NCBI GenBank assembly: GCA_019163335.1
Contig: JAFLKM010000026.1
Span: forward strand, 26,347-90,346
Direction of reading: 5' to 3'
DNA length: 64,000 bases
From: Desulfobulbaceae bacterium
GTDB lineage: Bacteria; Desulfobacterota; Desulfobulbia; Desulfobulbales; Desulfocapsaceae
In this document: piece by piece, positions 62,365 through 64,000 of the stretch
How positions within the stretch are numbered: position 1 is the stretch's first letter
Layout of the letters: each line of letters starts with the position of its first letter
Notes under the pieces: model-generated
The model's database searches: none
The model's input: the letters and a program-made list of their open reading frames with translations, nothing else
What the model was told of the DNA's origin: nothing
Program-made: the position numbers and the translations under genes

Positions 62365-63519
62365 TTACTTGGCAGGATAAGCGACAAACTTGCCATTTTT
62401 CACGGTTGTCATCTGGAAGGCATCAATGGTCAGGCCATTGTGATCCTTCTCTGAGAACGAAAAGACCCCTCCGACTCCCGGCAGATCCTGCAACTGCTCA
62501 ATGGCCGCCCGCACTTTCTCACGTTCCATGCTGCCGGCTTTTTTCACAGCGGCATCGAGAATAATAAAGGTGTCATAGGTATGGCCGCCAAAGGTGGAGA
62601 CATTTTCTTTAAACCTGCTTTCATACTTTTTGGTGTAATCCATCAGCAAGGCTTTCTGGGGATGATTCGCCGGCAGCTCAGAGGCAATCAGCAACCGTCC
62701 GGCAGGAAAGATAATGCCTTCAGCGGCAGCCCCGGCAGCCTCAGCAAATTTGATATTAGCAAAGCCATGACTTTGGAAGATCGGCACATCCCAACCCATC
62801 TGGCGGATATTTTTGGCAACAATGGACTGGGCAGGCACCACCGACCAGTTGACCACCGCCTGCACATCCTTGTTGGCCTTGATCTTGGCGACCACTGCCG
62901 ACAGATCATTTGCGGCCTTATCATACACATCATTTTCCACAATCTTGATGTTGAACTCAGGGGCGATCTTCACCAGCTGCTCCTGCCCGGCCTTGCCAAA
63001 TCCGGTGTTATCCACCAGAACCGCAATACTGCCAAGCCCCAGTTTGTTCATCTCCTTGAAAATCATCTTGACCGCGTCGGAATCCTTCTGGGCCACCTTA
63101 AACACATACGAGGCCAGAGGCTCTACAATCACTTCGGCTGCGGCACAGGAGAGAAGCGGGGTCTTGCCGTCTTCGGCTATTTTTTTAATTTGCATGGTCT
63201 CGCCGCTGCTGGAGGGCCCGACAATGGCCACGACCTTATCCTCTTCGATGAGCTGCTTGGCAAAAGAGACGGCCTTTTCAGGATTTCCGGCAGAGTCCTT
63301 GATGATAAGCTCAATAGGATGGCCGCTCATTCCACCCTTGGCATTGGCCTCCTCAACCAGCATCTCCAGGGTTCGGGCCTCCGGGGCACCCAGAAAAGAC
63401 ATCGGGCCTGTAACCGCCAGTATCGCCCCTATCTTCAGATTTTCCGCCCACGCCGTCGTGGACACCATCAGGCTCAAGGCGGCAGCCCCCATCGTTATTT
63501 TAGACAGAATCCCTTTCAT
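62365..63519 (-). CDS. ABC transporter substrate-binding protein (LivK/LivJ family), copy 2
   Basis: 384 aa, the same length as copy 1. It shares long identical runs with copy 1, for example NPEKAVSFAKQLIEEDKVVAI and VNWSVVPAQSIVAKNIRQMGWDVPIFQSHGF. Confidence 0.88.
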   Translation of the reverse strand: MKGILSKITMGAAALSLMVSTTAWAENLKIGAILAVTGPMSFLGAPEARTLEMLVEEANAKGGMSGHPIELIIKDSAGNPEKAVSFAKQLIEEDKVVAIVGPSSSGETMQIKKIAEDGKTPLLSCAAAEVIVEPLASYVFKVAQKDSDAVKMIFKEMNKLGLGSIAVLVDNTGFGKAGQEQLVKIAPEFNIKIVENDVYDKAANDLSAVVAKIKANKDVQAVVNWSVVPAQSIVAKNIRQMGWDVPIFQSHGFANIKFAEAAGAAAEGIIFPAGRLLIASELPANHPQKALLMDYTKKYESRFKENVSTFGGHTYDTFIILDAAVKKAGSMEREKVRAAIEQLQDLPGVGGVFSFSEKDHNGLTIDAFQMTTVKNGKFVAYPAK

Positions 63520-63739
63520 AACCCGCTCCCCTTCATAGTATTAATCTTTCAAGACCGACCATTCCCGACGCTCTTTTTATACCGGATCCAGAGCGTCTCC
63601 CACATAAAAAGACAAACCAAATTTTTCTACAGTTGTAAGACTCGTCTGATTTTCAGGGCATTCCAGACAAACGAGGAAGAAAACAGCGAAAAGCACGCCA
63701 TCATAAGGCATTCGTCCAGTTGGGACACCTCTTCTTAGG

Positions 63740-64000
63740 CTAGCCCTGACTCACCTTCCGCCCGGCGGCAAAGGCCTTGAGATTCACGTCCTTGAATTTT
63801 ACCGGCACCCGGGCGGCAATGATCTCTTCATAGACCGAAGAGGCCATGGGCAGGAAGGCGGAAATCGCCCCCACCATCACCACATTGGCGGTTCGCACCT
63901 CACCCACCTCACGGGCCAGCTCAAAGGCATCCACCAGCACCACCTTGATTCCCCGGGCGGTGATATGATCCAGCACATCCTCGGGATACGTGGTCTTGCC
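63740..64000 (-). CDS. iorB: Indolepyruvate:ferredoxin oxidoreductase beta subunit (IorB), C-terminal part; the gene continues past the right edge
   Basis: The open frame runs to the window edge (...GKTTYPEDVLDHITARGIKVVLVDAFELAREVGEVRTANVVMVGAISAFL...). This is the pyruvate/ketoisovalerate oxidoreductase gamma-type fold typical of IorB. The context with paaK, ACT and liv genes supports the call. Confidence 0.7.
   Translation of the reverse strand, partial: GKTTYPEDVLDHITARGIKVVLVDAFELAREVGEVRTANVVMVGAISAFLPMASSVYEEIIAARVPVKFKDVNLKAFAAGRKVSQG

Noticed and set aside
1-64000. Searched by eye for tRNA/rRNA genes, CRISPR arrays, IS/transposase or integrase genes, and CIRCE elements.
   Set aside because: None found. 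There are no T-loop/acceptor-type sequences, no spaced direct repeats, and no ORF with DDE or tyrosine-recombinase motifs. A tRNAscan/Infernal run would be needed to be certain.

Overview
The window is a 64 kb chromosomal segment that reads like an anaerobic Desulfobacterota (Desulfobulbaceae-like) genome. That taxonomic guess rests only on gene content; no search was run. Most genes lie on the minus strand and are housekeeping.

Gene content, left to right:
- dcw cell-wall/division cluster: mraZ-rsmH-ftsL-ftsI-murE/F-mraY-murD-murG
- panB, ruvBAC, yebC, rlmE, cca
- a plus-strand trx-like/dus/trmFO block
- a small AT-richer patch (orphan membrane protein plus a toxin-antitoxin pair)
- a Zn-finger/TOPRIM/DnaB-like ATPase gene
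- a 1116-aa HEAT/cNMP/PilZ protein
- maf, fabL, DUF362, a B12-type radical SAM gene, a YkgJ-like gene, an SH3 protein
- folP-ftsH, carAB, a cyclophilin-FKBP fusion, a REC-REC-GGDEF regulator, trpS, dnaK/grpE
- a radical-SAM/hemE/HD block
- an aromatic/branched amino-acid module: two paaK, two livK-type binding proteins, livHMGF, an ACT protein, and the iorB end

I saw no rRNA, tRNA, CRISPR array, transposase or integrase.

Observations most worth a second look:
1. The dcw cluster is remodelled. The FtsI-position PBP has Val and Gln where the SxxK Ser and Lys should be. ftsW is absent between murD and murG. murE and murF are fused, and murE carries an in-frame 3 x 54 bp tandem repeat.
2. An approximately 80-nt two-hairpin intergenic repeat family occurs in four copies at three loci, with compensatory stem changes between copies.
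3. The 20.4-27.8 kb stretch holds an orphan membrane protein, a HigBA-like pair, a T7-gp4-like primase-helicase with a degenerate TOPRIM motif, and a giant dual second-messenger-type sensor.
4. An unannotated 59-aa SAP-like, Cys-rich ORF with a strong RBS lies beside about 650 bp of ORF-free DNA and a B12-radical SAM gene.

All family calls come from motif recognition by eye. No database search or computation was run.
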